Source: Candidatus Shapirobacteria bacterium (GTDB taxonomy: Bacteria; Patescibacteriota; Microgenomatia; UM-FILTER-40-11). Taken from it: a DNA stretch of 64,000 nt. The DNA is taken from the NCBI GenBank assembly GCA_020059745.1, contig JAGVBK010000003.1, positions 1,123 through 65,122 of the forward strand, in the 5' to 3' direction. Positions 48,371 to 58,591 of this stretch are shown in pieces. Made by a program: the position numbers and the translations under genes. The notes beneath the pieces were generated by a model. It did no database searches. It was not told the DNA's origin and saw only the letters and a list, made by a program, of their open reading frames with translations. Each line of letters opens with the position of its first letter. Within the stretch, counting starts at the first letter, position 1.

Positions 48371-49545
48371 GGAGTCCAATCTGCAACCGGCGCAGTATTT
48401 TGGGCAATAAAGTTAATTGCAAAAAGGTAAACTGCGGGAATAATAATAAAAAGGGCAATTTTAAATTCTTTCTTTTGTAAAAACTCGTCAAAAGCAATAA
48501 GGCTGAAAGGAATTAAAGGAAGGCTGTAGCGGGCAAGATCACGGTGGGCTACAAATAATGTGGCACTGAAAAAAACTCCGGCAAAACTTGCCAAAGCGAA
48601 AAGCTTTTTCTTTATCAAAAAAACCACGGTTAAAGCTCCTAGCAGATATTGCCAAACCATGTCTTCTCTCCAAAAGTCTCCCAGCCAGCTTCTTTGGGGA
48701 GAAAAAGCTTGGTAAGGAGGGAAAAAGAGATGAAAATTATCACCGGAATGAAAATACGCCCAAAAATTTCCGGTTCTTATCTGGTAGAATCCGAAAACCA
48801 GCAATGCGGACAGGGGAATTAAAAGCAAAGGCAAAGACGGTTTTGCAATGTGGTTAAAAAGGTTTTTAAATGAAAAAGCTTTGCCTTTTTCTTTAATCAT
48901 TTTGTAAAAAAGGAAAATTTCAAAACCTGCAAAAAGAAGAATGCCCGGGCTTTTTGTTATTTGAGCCAATCCTCCGAAAATCCCTGCTAAAAGCAAATCA
49001 AGATAAACGTTTTTCTTTTTGGAAAAGAGATTGTTTTCTACCTTATCAAAAGCACTTTTGAAAAAATATATTGAGCTTAAGACAAAGAAAAGAAACATTG
49101 GTTCCGGGCTGCCGACTGCTTTGACTGCCACCCAGCGGGCCGGGAAAATAAGAAATAATAGGCTGAGGGAAAAAGGATCTTTTGAAAGTTTAAATTTATA
49201 AACCAAAAGATAAAAAGAAAAAAGGCAAAGTATAGAAAAAATCAAAGTAGAGCCAAGCATTGCCCAAGTTCCCGGCAGGAAAAGATCAAATACAAAGATT
49301 GAAAAAGGGTAACCGGGAAGGTGGGCCGGGTAATACTCCAGAGGTGTTGGCAAAGAGAACCTGCTTGCGATTTGAGCTTGATCATACCAGGTTTTGGCAA
49401 TGACAATATAATTTGGGCCGTCGTAGTTTTTAAAGACCGTTGTTATTCCTTCTTTTAGGTCGAAGAAAAAAGGCAGCCAGACAAATAAAGTTGCCAAAAA
49501 GGCAGCCAGAGTTAAGAAAAAAAGGTCTTTTTTTACTTTGCCCAC
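48361..49545 (-). CDS. GT-C fold membrane glycosyltransferase (mannosyltransferase-like)
   Basis: NYDGPNYIVIA..Y, HLPGYP, SPEPMF, TKSPG, RYSLP; about 10 TM helices. Confidence 0.65.
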   Translation of the reverse strand: MGKVKKDLFFLTLAAFLATLFVWLPFFFDLKEGITTVFKNYDGPNYIVIAKTWYDQAQIASRFSLPTPLEYYPAHLPGYPFSIFVFDLFLPGTWAMLGSTLIFSILCLFSFYLLVYKFKLSKDPFSLSLLFLIFPARWVAVKAVGSPEPMFLFFVLSSIYFFKSAFDKVENNLFSKKKNVYLDLLLAGIFGGLAQITKSPGILLFAGFEIFLFYKMIKEKGKAFSFKNLFNHIAKPSLPLLLIPLSALLVFGFYQIRTGNFWAYFHSGDNFHLFFPPYQAFSPQRSWLGDFWREDMVWQYLLGALTVVFLIKKKLFALASFAGVFFSATLFVAHRDLARYSLPLIPFSLIAFDEFLQKKEFKIALFIIIPAVYLFAINFIAQNTAPVADWTPYL

Positions 49546-49604
49546 TAGGTAAATGATAACAAAAACACGGTGTTTATGCTAATATTTTAATAAAGGAGAG
49601 GTGT

Positions 49605-50309
49605 ATGAAAAAACTTAGAGAACTTTCTTTGTTCTTTCCGGCTTATAACGAGCAGGAAAATATAGAAAACACAGTGGAAAAGGCTATCCCCGTGCTTTCT
49701 CAGGTTGCTGAAAAGTACGAGCTTATTATTGTCAATGACGGTTCGAAAGACAATACCGGGAAAATTGCCGCAAAACTGGCCCAAAAATACCCCTTTATCA
49801 GCGTAATTACCCATAACCCCAACCGCGGTTACGGTGGAGCGGTAAAATCAGGGCTTTACCATAGTAAGTATGAATGGATAGTTTTTACAGATTCAGACGG
49901 ACAGTTTGATTTTTCAGAAGTTGTCAAATTTATAGAAAAGCAAAAAGAGACAGGTGCTGATCTTGTAATCGGATATTATCTTAAAAGAGCGGTTAGTCCG
50001 ATAGTGATTTTTACTTCTAAATTGTGGGAATTTTTGGTATTCTTTCTTTTTGGTTTGAAAGTTACTGACACTGACTGTGGATTTAAGATGATAAGAAAAG
50101 AAGTTGTAGAAAAGATCCCGAAGCTTGAGGCGGAAAGAGGCCCTTTTATTACCAGCGAATTTTTAATTAAAGCTAAAAAAGCGGGTTTTAAATTTGCCGA
50201 GGTGGGGGTGAATCACTATCCAAGAAAAGGGGGCAAGGCTACAGGCAGAAGCTTTAAGGTTATCCTTTCCGGATTATCTGATCTTTTAAGGCTGCGCTTT
50301 TCAATATAA
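49605..50309 (+). CDS. GT2 glycosyltransferase (polyprenol-phosphate-sugar synthase type)
   Basis: PAYNEQENI, VNDGSKD.T, NRGYGGA, TDSDGQF, DTDCGFK. Confidence 0.9.
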   Translation: MKKLRELSLFFPAYNEQENIENTVEKAIPVLSQVAEKYELIIVNDGSKDNTGKIAAKLAQKYPFISVITHNPNRGYGGAVKSGLYHSKYEWIVFTDSDGQFDFSEVVKFIEKQKETGADLVIGYYLKRAVSPIVIFTSKLWEFLVFFLFGLKVTDTDCGFKMIRKEVVEKIPKLEAERGPFITSEFLIKAKKAGFKFAEVGVNHYPRKGGKATGRSFKVILSGLSDLLRLRFSI

Positions 50310-50311
50310 AT

Positions 50312-51859
50312 ATGGAAAAGGTTTTTAGTGAGCTCAAACGCTACTGGCCGATTATTCTTATTGTTTTAATTTCTCTTACCCTCAGGCTTTATAGAATTTC
50401 TTCTTACATGACCTTTTTAGGAGACGAAGGGAGGGATGCCTTGGTTTGGCTGAGAATGGTAAGAAACGGAAAGCTGACGCTTATTGGCCCCCAAACCTCA
50501 ATCGGCAACATGTATTTAGGTCCTCTTTTTTACTATTTAATGCTTCCCTTTTATTTTGTTTTAGGAACGGCCGGTCCCTCGGTTGGGACAGCTCTTTTTG
50601 GCGGAGCAACCACTTTTCTTCTTTGGTATGTAGGGAAAAACTGGTTTTCTTTCCGGGTTGGCTTGTTTGCCGCTTTACTTTATGCTCTTTCTCCGGTAGC
50701 CATTGTCCTTTCGCGTTCTGCCTGGAACCCTAATATTATGCCCTTTTTTGCCTTGCTTTCTGCCTGGGGAATTTGGCAGTTTTGGCAAAAAGAAAACTTT
50801 CAGTGGTTGGCTTTGGAGGGGATAATCCTTTCCATAATTGTCCAGTCCCACTATCTTGGTTTGTTAATCATTCCCTTGGTGGGAGTTTTTTTTACAATTA
50901 AGTTTGTAAGCCTTATTAAGAATAAAGATAAAAACTTGAAAAAATACCTTTTAAATTTTTTCCTTTGTGTTTTTGTTTTTGTTTTCCTCACCTTTGTGCC
51001 GCTTCTTTGGTTTGATTTAAGACATGGCTTTATAAATTATAATTCGTTTTACAAGTTTTTTTCAGAAAGACAGACAACGGTTAATTTTAAGCCCTACAAG
51101 GCCATTCCAAATTTTTGGCCTCTTTGGAAAATGTTTGTAACCAGGCTGCTTGCGGCAAAAGATGAGCTCGTCGGGCTTTGGCTTTCAATTGCAATTATCC
51201 TAGGAGGAATTTTCATTGCTGCTTTTAATTTTAAAAGCGAACTAAAAAGGATATTAAAAAACAAAAACTTAAAACCGCTTCCTCCGGGCGTTGCCATTAT
51301 TCTTGCTTGGTTAGGGATAGGGCTTTTGGGTATGGGCCTTTACAAACAGCACATTTATGACCACTACTTTGGCTTTCTTTTTCCGGCTTTGTTTTTATTC
51401 ACTGCAGCTTTGCTCTCCAGGGTTTGGAAGCTTCAGTACCCGGGAAAGCTTTTGGCTTTGGTTTGTTTTTCAATTATTCTCCTTTACTCTTTAAAAGAAT
51501 CTCCCCTCAAAGATGAGCCGGGTTTTCAAATGCAGAAAACCAGGGAAATTAGCAAAAAAATAATTGAAGAATCGAAAGGGGAGCCTTTTAACTTGGGTTT
51601 AATTGCCAAACAAAATTATGATGCAGGCTACCGCTATTTCTTGGAAAAAGAAGGCCGCAAGGCAGTTGAGATTAATGCCTTAAAGCCTGAGGAAACAATA
51701 ACCAAGCAGCTTTTTGTTGCCTGTGAAGACGAAAAATGCGAGCCAATAGGCCACCCCAATGCTGAGATTGCCAATTTTGGCTGGGCAAAAATAGAAGAAG
51801 AATGGACCTTTCCCTGGGGAACAAAACTCTTTAAGCTGGTTCATTATGAGAAACAATAA
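50312..51859 (+). CDS. ArnT/PMT-like GT-C glycosyltransferase
   Basis: FLGDEGRD, LIGPQTS..YLGPLFYY, SR.AWNPN; many TM helices. Confidence 0.8.
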   Translation: MEKVFSELKRYWPIILIVLISLTLRLYRISSYMTFLGDEGRDALVWLRMVRNGKLTLIGPQTSIGNMYLGPLFYYLMLPFYFVLGTAGPSVGTALFGGATTFLLWYVGKNWFSFRVGLFAALLYALSPVAIVLSRSAWNPNIMPFFALLSAWGIWQFWQKENFQWLALEGIILSIIVQSHYLGLLIIPLVGVFFTIKFVSLIKNKDKNLKKYLLNFFLCVFVFVFLTFVPLLWFDLRHGFINYNSFYKFFSERQTTVNFKPYKAIPNFWPLWKMFVTRLLAAKDELVGLWLSIAIILGGIFIAAFNFKSELKRILKNKNLKPLPPGVAIILAWLGIGLLGMGLYKQHIYDHYFGFLFPALFLFTAALLSRVWKLQYPGKLLALVCFSIILLYSLKESPLKDEPGFQMQKTREISKKIIEESKGEPFNLGLIAKQNYDAGYRYFLEKEGRKAVEINALKPEETITKQLFVACEDEKCEPIGHPNAEIANFGWAKIEEEWTFPWGTKLFKLVHYEKQ

Positions 51860-51877
51860 CTTTTTAAATTGTCTTTT

Positions 51878-53338
51878 ATGAAAAAAAGCCCTACCAACTT
51901 TCTTCTTTTTTTAATCCTTGGTGCTTCAGCTTTTTTTAGGCTTTATCGGCTGGGCGATCTTTTAGGCTTTTGGTATGACCAGGGCAGGGATGCTTTAGTC
52001 ATTTGGGATCTTTTAAACTATGGAAAGTTTTTTTTAATCGGTCCGGTAACCGGAATAGACGGCATTTATCTGGGCCCTTTTTATTACTACCTTATTGCTC
52101 CTTTTTACTGGCTCGGAAAAGGGAACCCGGTTTTCCCGGCTGCAGGAATAGTTTTTCTTACCCTTGGCTCAATTTACCTAATCTTTTATTTAGCTAAAAA
52201 AATATACAACCCGCAAGTTGGTGTTTTGGCGGCATTTTTATATGGTTTCTCTTACAGCTTGGTTACTTTTTCAAGATGGCTTTCCAACCCAACGCCTTTA
52301 CCCTTTTTTACCATGGTTGTTCTTATTGGTCTTTTTCTCTTTATTAACGGCAAGAAAAAAGCTTTGCTTTGGACTGCTTTTATAATTGGCTTGTGCCTTC
52401 AGCTTGAAGCTGCTTCAGCTGTCTTTTTTCTTCCTGCCACTCTGGCAATTTTATTTTTGGAAAAAGAAGTTTTTAAAGATAAAAGGATTTTAATTCTTTC
52501 TTTTCTTGCTTTTTTTATTACCTTGCTGCCGCAAATTTTATTTGATATCCGCCACGAGGGGGTGCTTCGGGCTGCTTTTAATAAATTTTTAGTGACGGAG
52601 AAAAGTTTTAAGCTTTCTTTATGGCAAACCTTTAGATTAAGGCTTTTGACCTATTATGATGTGTTTTTTGCAAAGCTTTTTCCCGGCAGCAAAATTTTAA
52701 AATTAGTTTCTTTAGCCTCGTTTTCCGCAGGTTTTCTTTTCTTTAGAAAAAGGGTATTAACAAAAGGAGGGAAGATGCTTGCGATTTGGCTGGCTGCTCC
52801 TTTAGTTGGTTTTTTGTTTTATCAAGGTAATAATGGCTATGTCTGGGACTATTATTTTACCGGCGTTGTTCCGGCGTTTATTATCCTTTTTGCCGCTTCT
52901 TTAGGTTTTCTTTTGGAAAAAAGAGCTTACCAAATTGCGGTGATGGTCTTTTTGCTTCTTTTTGCTGTTTCCAATGTCAGACAGATCGGTAATTATCACA
53001 AAACCGGTATTGGCATTACTTTAAAAGCGCAGAAATGGGCTATTGACTGGATATATAAAGACGCAGACGGCAGTGAGTTTAATATTGACGCTTATGTGCC
53101 CCCCCAGATTTATTATTCCTATTCATATCTTTTTAAATGGTATGGAAAAAGTAAATACGGTCGGGAACCCGAGACAAACCTGGTTAAAAACCTGTATACT
53201 TTATATGAGCCGGACGGTGAGCATCCCCAGTTTTTAGAAGGTTGGCTTTTAAGGCAGGATACAATCGGCAAAGTGGTTAAAAGCGACTTTTGGGGAGACA
53301 TTACTGTCCAAAAAAGAGAAAGAGTAATGTATGAATAA
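51878..53338 (+). CDS. ArnT/PMT-like GT-C glycosyltransferase
   Basis: FWYDQGRD, LIGP....YLGPFYYY, SRWLSNP; paralog of the previous gene. Confidence 0.8.
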   Translation: MKKSPTNFLLFLILGASAFFRLYRLGDLLGFWYDQGRDALVIWDLLNYGKFFLIGPVTGIDGIYLGPFYYYLIAPFYWLGKGNPVFPAAGIVFLTLGSIYLIFYLAKKIYNPQVGVLAAFLYGFSYSLVTFSRWLSNPTPLPFFTMVVLIGLFLFINGKKKALLWTAFIIGLCLQLEAASAVFFLPATLAILFLEKEVFKDKRILILSFLAFFITLLPQILFDIRHEGVLRAAFNKFLVTEKSFKLSLWQTFRLRLLTYYDVFFAKLFPGSKILKLVSLASFSAGFLFFRKRVLTKGGKMLAIWLAAPLVGFLFYQGNNGYVWDYYFTGVVPAFIILFAASLGFLLEKRAYQIAVMVFLLLFAVSNVRQIGNYHKTGIGITLKAQKWAIDWIYKDADGSEFNIDAYVPPQIYYSYSYLFKWYGKSKYGREPETNLVKNLYTLYEPDGEHPQFLEGWLLRQDTIGKVVKSDFWGDITVQKRERVMYE

Positions 53339-54089
53339 AAAGCCTTATCTTTCTGTTGTTATTCCTTGTTATAACGAGAAAGAGAATCTTGAACGCGGTG
53401 TTTTGGATGAAGTTTACGACTTTTTAAGAAAACAGGATTTTTTATGGGAAGTGATTATTTCCGATGACGGTTCAACTGATGAGAGCCGGGAGTTGGTGGC
53501 AAAACAAATTAAAGGAAAAAACAATTTCCGGCTAATTGAAAATCCTCACGGAGGAAAGCCGTCGGCGGTTTGGGGAGGAATAAAAAACGCAAACGGAGAG
53601 TATGTTCTTTTTACTGATATGGACCAGTCGGCTCCAATTGAGGAACTTAAGAAGCTGATGCCTTTTTTTGATGAATATGATGTGATTATCGGCTCACGAG
53701 GCATGGAAAGGGAGAACTTTTCTCTTTTGAGGAAAGTCGGTTCAAATGTTTTCAGGTTGGTAAGGAAAAGCCTTATGCTAAGGAGAATAAACGACACTCA
53801 GTGTGGTTTTAAAGCTTTTAAAACCAAAGTGGCTAAAGAGATTTTTCCTTTGCTTCAGTTTTTTAAAACCAACGAAACAATCAAAGGCTGGAAAGTTACT
53901 TCTTTTGATGTTGAACTTTTATTTATTGCCGAGAAGTTCGGTTATAAGATAAAAGAGGTTAAGGTGACCTGGAAAGACAGAGATGTAAGCACAGGCAAGA
54001 AAAAAAGCTATTTAAAAGAATCCCAAGATATGCTAAAGCAAATTTTTAGGGTTAAGCTTAATGATATCAAAGGAATGTACCACCTGTAA
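53331..54089 (+). CDS. GT2 dolichyl-phosphate beta-glucosyltransferase-like (ALG5 type)
   Basis: LSVVIPCYNE, DDGSTD, FTDMDQS.P, IGSR, DTQCGFK, FDVELL. Confidence 0.88.
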   Translation: MNKKPYLSVVIPCYNEKENLERGVLDEVYDFLRKQDFLWEVIISDDGSTDESRELVAKQIKGKNNFRLIENPHGGKPSAVWGGIKNANGEYVLFTDMDQSAPIEELKKLMPFFDEYDVIIGSRGMERENFSLLRKVGSNVFRLVRKSLMLRRINDTQCGFKAFKTKVAKEIFPLLQFFKTNETIKGWKVTSFDVELLFIAEKFGYKIKEVKVTWKDRDVSTGKKKSYLKESQDMLKQIFRVKLNDIKGMYHL

Positions 54090-54093
54090 TTAA

Positions 54094-55614
54094 ATGCTCA
54101 AAGAACTTCAGTTTTTGCACAAAGACTATCCATTAATACTTTTTTGCTTTATCTTGGTAGTTTTGTATTTTATCTCCAGGTTTTTAAACCTGACCATAAT
54201 TCCCGTTTTTGCCGATGAGGCAATTTACGTTCGTTGGGCGCAAGTGATGAGGGCGGTCAGCTCGCTTCGTTTTTTACCCCTATCAGACGGAAAACAGCCT
54301 CTTTTTATGTGGACTGTTATTCCTTTTTTAAAGATTATTAACGACCCTCTGGCTGCCGGAAGAACGGTATCTGTTTTTTTGGGGATGGGAACAATGGCAG
54401 GCGTTTTTACTTTAAGCCTTAGCCTTTTTAGGGATAAAAAGGCAGCTTTGCTTGCTTCCCTTTTTTATTTAATTACCCCCTTTGTTTTATTTTTTGACCG
54501 CATGGCTTTGGCAGACGCCATGCTTTCTTTTTTTATGGTCTGGTCCTTAATTCTTTTTATCTGGCTGGCAAAGTCACCCAGGCTGGATTTGGCAATGATT
54601 GCCGGAATTTTGACAGGTTTAGGTTTACTGACAAAATCTCCTGCCCTTTTTTTGCTTATCCTGCTTCCTTTTTCTCTGTTGGCCTTTTCTTTTAAAAATA
54701 AAAGCTTGCTTTCTTTGATAAAACTGGTGGGTTTTTGGCTGGTAATTTACGCTTTTGGATTTGCTATTTATAACATTCTAAGATTAGGTCCGGAGTTCCA
54801 TATGATTGGAATAAGGAATAAAGACTATGTGTTTTCTTTGGCCGAGATAATTAAGCATCCTTTTAATCCTTTAGTGGGGAACCTTAAAAGCGCTTTAAGC
54901 TGGTATTTTATCTTAATGACCCCCCCGGTTTTTTTCTCTTCCATTTTAGGGTTACTTATTTCTCTTAAGAAAAAATTTAGAGAAGGTTTGGTTCTTTTTC
55001 TCTTTTTCTTTGCCCCCCTTTTTGGCCAAAGCCTGATTGCCAAGGTTTATACGGCCAGATATATTCTATTTACCGTTCCTTTGCTTATTGTTTTTGCTTC
55101 TTTTTTTGTCTCTTTACTTTTTCAGAAAACAAAAAACAAAGTTCTTGCTACCTTTTTGCTAACGGCATTGTTTATCTTTCCCCTATATGAATCCTTGCTT
55201 TTAATTATCAAGCCTGAAAAGGCTTGGTTGCCGGAAAACGAAAGGAGCGGTTATCTTGAACAATGGACGGCAGGCTACGGCATCAAAGAATCTGCCAATT
55301 ATTTAAAAAAAGTAGCTAAAGAGGAAAAAGTTTTGGTCGGCACAGAGGGTTACTTTGGCACTCTGCCAGACGGCCTTTTAATTTACCTTGAAAAAGTTCC
55401 CAATATAACAGTAGTGGGGGTTGATTTTCCCGTAAGAAGCATTCCTGAGAAACTGGAGGACGGCAAAAAAGATAATCGGGTGTTTTTAATGGTAAACGAT
55501 TCTCGTTTTGAAGGGCCAGAAGATAATCTGAGGCTTGTAGCCAAGTATCCAAAGCCAAAAAATTTACTTACTGACAAAGCGGAAAATCTTTTGTTGTTTG
55601 AGATTCTTAAATAA
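54094..55614 (+). CDS. ArnT/PMT-like GT-C glycosyltransferase
   Basis: PVFADEAIY.RWAQ, DGKQPLFMW, FDRMALAD, LTK, RY; many TM helices. Confidence 0.82.
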   Translation: MLKELQFLHKDYPLILFCFILVVLYFISRFLNLTIIPVFADEAIYVRWAQVMRAVSSLRFLPLSDGKQPLFMWTVIPFLKIINDPLAAGRTVSVFLGMGTMAGVFTLSLSLFRDKKAALLASLFYLITPFVLFFDRMALADAMLSFFMVWSLILFIWLAKSPRLDLAMIAGILTGLGLLTKSPALFLLILLPFSLLAFSFKNKSLLSLIKLVGFWLVIYAFGFAIYNILRLGPEFHMIGIRNKDYVFSLAEIIKHPFNPLVGNLKSALSWYFILMTPPVFFSSILGLLISLKKKFREGLVLFLFFFAPLFGQSLIAKVYTARYILFTVPLLIVFASFFVSLLFQKTKNKVLATFLLTALFIFPLYESLLLIIKPEKAWLPENERSGYLEQWTAGYGIKESANYLKKVAKEEKVLVGTEGYFGTLPDGLLIYLEKVPNITVVGVDFPVRSIPEKLEDGKKDNRVFLMVNDSRFEGPEDNLRLVAKYPKPKNLLTDKAENLLLFEILK

Positions 55615-55636
55615 GTTCTTGAAATTGAATTGTTTG

Positions 55637-56917
55637 ATGTCCGCAATTAAAAAAGTTCTGCAAAAAAGCGAATTAATTGTTTTTTTAGTCATTACTTTCC
55701 TTTCTTTTTATCTTCGTTTTGCTGATTATCCTCGCTTGTTGAATTTTCATCACGATCCGGCATTTTACTTTCATGAGGTTAAAGATATGGTTGATTCGGG
55801 AAAACCAAGGCTAACAGGCCCTATTGTTTTAAGTAAGATGGTTGACGGAAGAGGGTTTTTTACCGGGCCCACGCATTATTACTTTTTGGCAGCATTGGGC
55901 CTTCTTTCAAATTGGGATGTAGTCTTTATGAGCGCGGTTTACACTTCCTTTTGGCTACTGGCTTATATTATCCTTTTTTTCTGGTTAAGATTTAGATTTG
56001 GAAAGGCGATTGCCTTACTTATTTATGGATTGCTTTCTTTTTACCCGGCAGTGGTTCCGATATCAAGAATGATATGGAATCCCCATTTTCTTCCTTTTTT
56101 CGGAAGCTTGTTTTTAGTGTTTCTGGATTTGAGAAAGAAGAAACCTTTTTTTTATTTTTTATCAGGCTTATTTTTTGGCCTAGCTTTTAGCGCTCACTAT
56201 GCTGCTGTTCTTTGGCTGCCGATAATCTTATGTGTTTTTGTTAACGACTATATTAAAGAGCGTTCTTTGCTTAGAAACTGGATTCTTTTTATACTTGCTG
56301 TAATCATTGCCGAATCGCCATTTATTTTATTTGAATTGAGGAATAATTTTTACAATTTAAGGACTTTTTATTTCCAATTACAAAACTATAAACCGTCAGC
56401 AGGATATACACTTGCCCTTTCCTACTATTATGTTTTTCCTTATATCCCGGTGGCAGCATTTTTGCTGGCTGCAATTTTGAAACGATTAAAAAGCTCGCCC
56501 TTATTTCCCTTTGTTAATACTTTACTTGTGGTTTTGATTTTTGTTTTTTTAATTGACTCGTTTTACGGAGAAGGCAAAAAAACTCTATACCCTTATTCCT
56601 GGAATTTGAGTACCCAGAGAAAAGTTACTCAAATGATCATTGATGATAATGAACCAAGTTTCGAGGTAGCAGAGACAATTAATTCCGACACCCGGGCTTT
56701 GGATCTTCGCTGGTGGTTACGCATGGAGGGGGTAAGGCCAATGGATGTAACTCAATATGACAAAGCGGAAGTTTTGTATTTGGTAGCTCCTAATGAGAGA
56801 CCTCCGGAAGAAGAAACTGTTTGGGAAGTAATTAGCCTAAGGCCGTTTGAAATCAAGAAAAAGGAAAATTTGGGAGGAGGCCTGATTTTTTACAAGCTAG
56901 TAAAAATGGTAAAATAG
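55637..56917 (+). CDS. GT-C glycosyltransferase-like membrane protein
   Basis: F.HD, LTGP, FTGP.HYY, SRMIWNP; similar to the 50312 and 51878 paralogs. Confidence 0.72.
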   Translation: MSAIKKVLQKSELIVFLVITFLSFYLRFADYPRLLNFHHDPAFYFHEVKDMVDSGKPRLTGPIVLSKMVDGRGFFTGPTHYYFLAALGLLSNWDVVFMSAVYTSFWLLAYIILFFWLRFRFGKAIALLIYGLLSFYPAVVPISRMIWNPHFLPFFGSLFLVFLDLRKKKPFFYFLSGLFFGLAFSAHYAAVLWLPIILCVFVNDYIKERSLLRNWILFILAVIIAESPFILFELRNNFYNLRTFYFQLQNYKPSAGYTLALSYYYVFPYIPVAAFLLAAILKRLKSSPLFPFVNTLLVVLIFVFLIDSFYGEGKKTLYPYSWNLSTQRKVTQMIIDDNEPSFEVAETINSDTRALDLRWWLRMEGVRPMDVTQYDKAEVLYLVAPNERPPEEETVWEVISLRPFEIKKKENLGGGLIFYKLVKMVK

Positions 56918-56923
56918 CCTCAC

Positions 56924-58591
56924 ATGCTTAAAAAAATTTACCCTTGGATTTTACTGTTGCTGCTTTCCTTTTTTTCTTTTAAATCCCTTCTTCGGCCGGG
57001 ATATTTTCCGATGCACGACGACATGCAGGCAATGCGCCTGCTTCAGCTTGATAAATGCCTTAGAGACGGCCAGTTTCCCTGCCGCTGGGTGCCTGACATG
57101 GGTTATGGTTATGGCTATCCTCAGTTTGTTTATTATTCTCCCTTGCCATATTATGTGATGGAGCTTTTCCATCTTTCAGGGTTATCTTTTCTTGATTCAG
57201 TTAAAGCCGGTTTTGCTTTGAGCTTTATTCTTTCGGGTTTGGCAATGTTTTTACTGGGCAAGTCTCTATGGGGGAAGCTTGGCGGGCTTGTCAGCGCGAT
57301 TTTTTATGTTTATGCTCCCTACCGGGCTTCAGACGCTTTTAGCAGGGGGGCAGTGGGAGAGTTTTGGGCTTTGGTATTTTTGCCGTTAATTTTCTGGTCG
57401 GTTCATGAATATGTTAAAACCGAGAAAAGTAAGTACCTTGTCTTTTTGGCTCTTTCTTATGGCAGCCTTCTTGTTACTCACAACATTACCTCCCTTGCTT
57501 TTACTCCCTTTTTAGCCTTATGGTCACTTTTTTTGCTTTATCTTTACAAAAAATGGAAATTGGTTTTAAAGCTTGTCCCTGGAGGGCTTTGGGGAATTGG
57601 TTTGGCATCATTTTTTCTTCTGCCGGTTATTTTTGAGAAAAAGTTTGCCCATACCGAAACCATGATTATGGGTTATTTTAACTATTTAGCTCATTTTGTC
57701 TCCTTAAAACAGCTTTTCTGGTCAGGCCACTGGGGTTTTGGCTCAAGCGAGCTTGGGCCAAATGACGATCTTTCTTTTAGTATTGGAGTTTTGCACTGGC
57801 TTTTTGCCTTAGTTGCTTTGGTTCTTTTCTTTATTAAAGAAAGAAAAGAAAAAATCTTTAAAATTGCAAGTTTTCTTTTTTTGACCGGGCTGATAGCGGT
57901 GTTTATGGCTCACCAACGGTCGGTCTTTATATGGAACAGGCTTCCATTTCTTGAGTACTTCCAGTTTCCCTGGAGGTTTTTAACCATTGTCACTTTTAGT
58001 TTTTCTTCTTTGGCCGGAGCCTTGATATATTTTGTAAAATCAGAGGCAAATAAAAAAACCTTGGCCTTTTTCTTGATTGTTTTAGGAATTTTCTTTAACA
58101 GTTTTTATTTTAATCCAAGGGAATGGTATGACCTTTCTGATGAGGAAAAGTTTTCTGGCGAGCTTTGGCAAAAACAGCTTACCATAAGCATTTTTGACTA
58201 TCTTCCAATTTTTGCGAAGATGCCGCCTAGCAGCGAGGCGCCTGGACTTCCATTGGTGGTTCAGGGGCAGGCGGAAATTTTGGATTACCAAAAAGGCTCA
58301 AATTGGCAAAAAGGAAAAATAAAAGTGTTTTCCGAAAATTCGAAAATTCAAATTCCCTCTTACTATTTTCCCGGTTTTAAGGTTTGGGTTAATGGAAGAG
58401 AAACGGAAATTGACTATAATAATGACCTAGGATTAATAAGAATAACCCTTTCCAGGGGCGAAAACGAAGTTATGCTTAAGCTTACCAAAACACTGCCGAG
58501 AAAAGCGGGGGATTTTTTAACCCTTTTTAGTGTTGGGGCCTTAATTTATTTTTTGTTTTATGAAAAGAATTTTTTCAAAAGAAAATCTTAA
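56924..58591 (+). CDS. YfhO/PTPS-related membrane protein (GT-C fold), paralog 1
   Basis: PMHDD, DGQFPCRW.PD..GYGYP.F.YY, YAPY...RGA.GE, QFPWRF, YFPG. Confidence 0.8.
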   Translation: MLKKIYPWILLLLLSFFSFKSLLRPGYFPMHDDMQAMRLLQLDKCLRDGQFPCRWVPDMGYGYGYPQFVYYSPLPYYVMELFHLSGLSFLDSVKAGFALSFILSGLAMFLLGKSLWGKLGGLVSAIFYVYAPYRASDAFSRGAVGEFWALVFLPLIFWSVHEYVKTEKSKYLVFLALSYGSLLVTHNITSLAFTPFLALWSLFLLYLYKKWKLVLKLVPGGLWGIGLASFFLLPVIFEKKFAHTETMIMGYFNYLAHFVSLKQLFWSGHWGFGSSELGPNDDLSFSIGVLHWLFALVALVLFFIKERKEKIFKIASFLFLTGLIAVFMAHQRSVFIWNRLPFLEYFQFPWRFLTIVTFSFSSLAGALIYFVKSEANKKTLAFFLIVLGIFFNSFYFNPREWYDLSDEEKFSGELWQKQLTISIFDYLPIFAKMPPSSEAPGLPLVVQGQAEILDYQKGSNWQKGKIKVFSENSKIQIPSYYFPGFKVWVNGRETEIDYNNDLGLIRITLSRGENEVMLKLTKTLPRKAGDFLTLFSVGALIYFLFYEKNFFKRKS

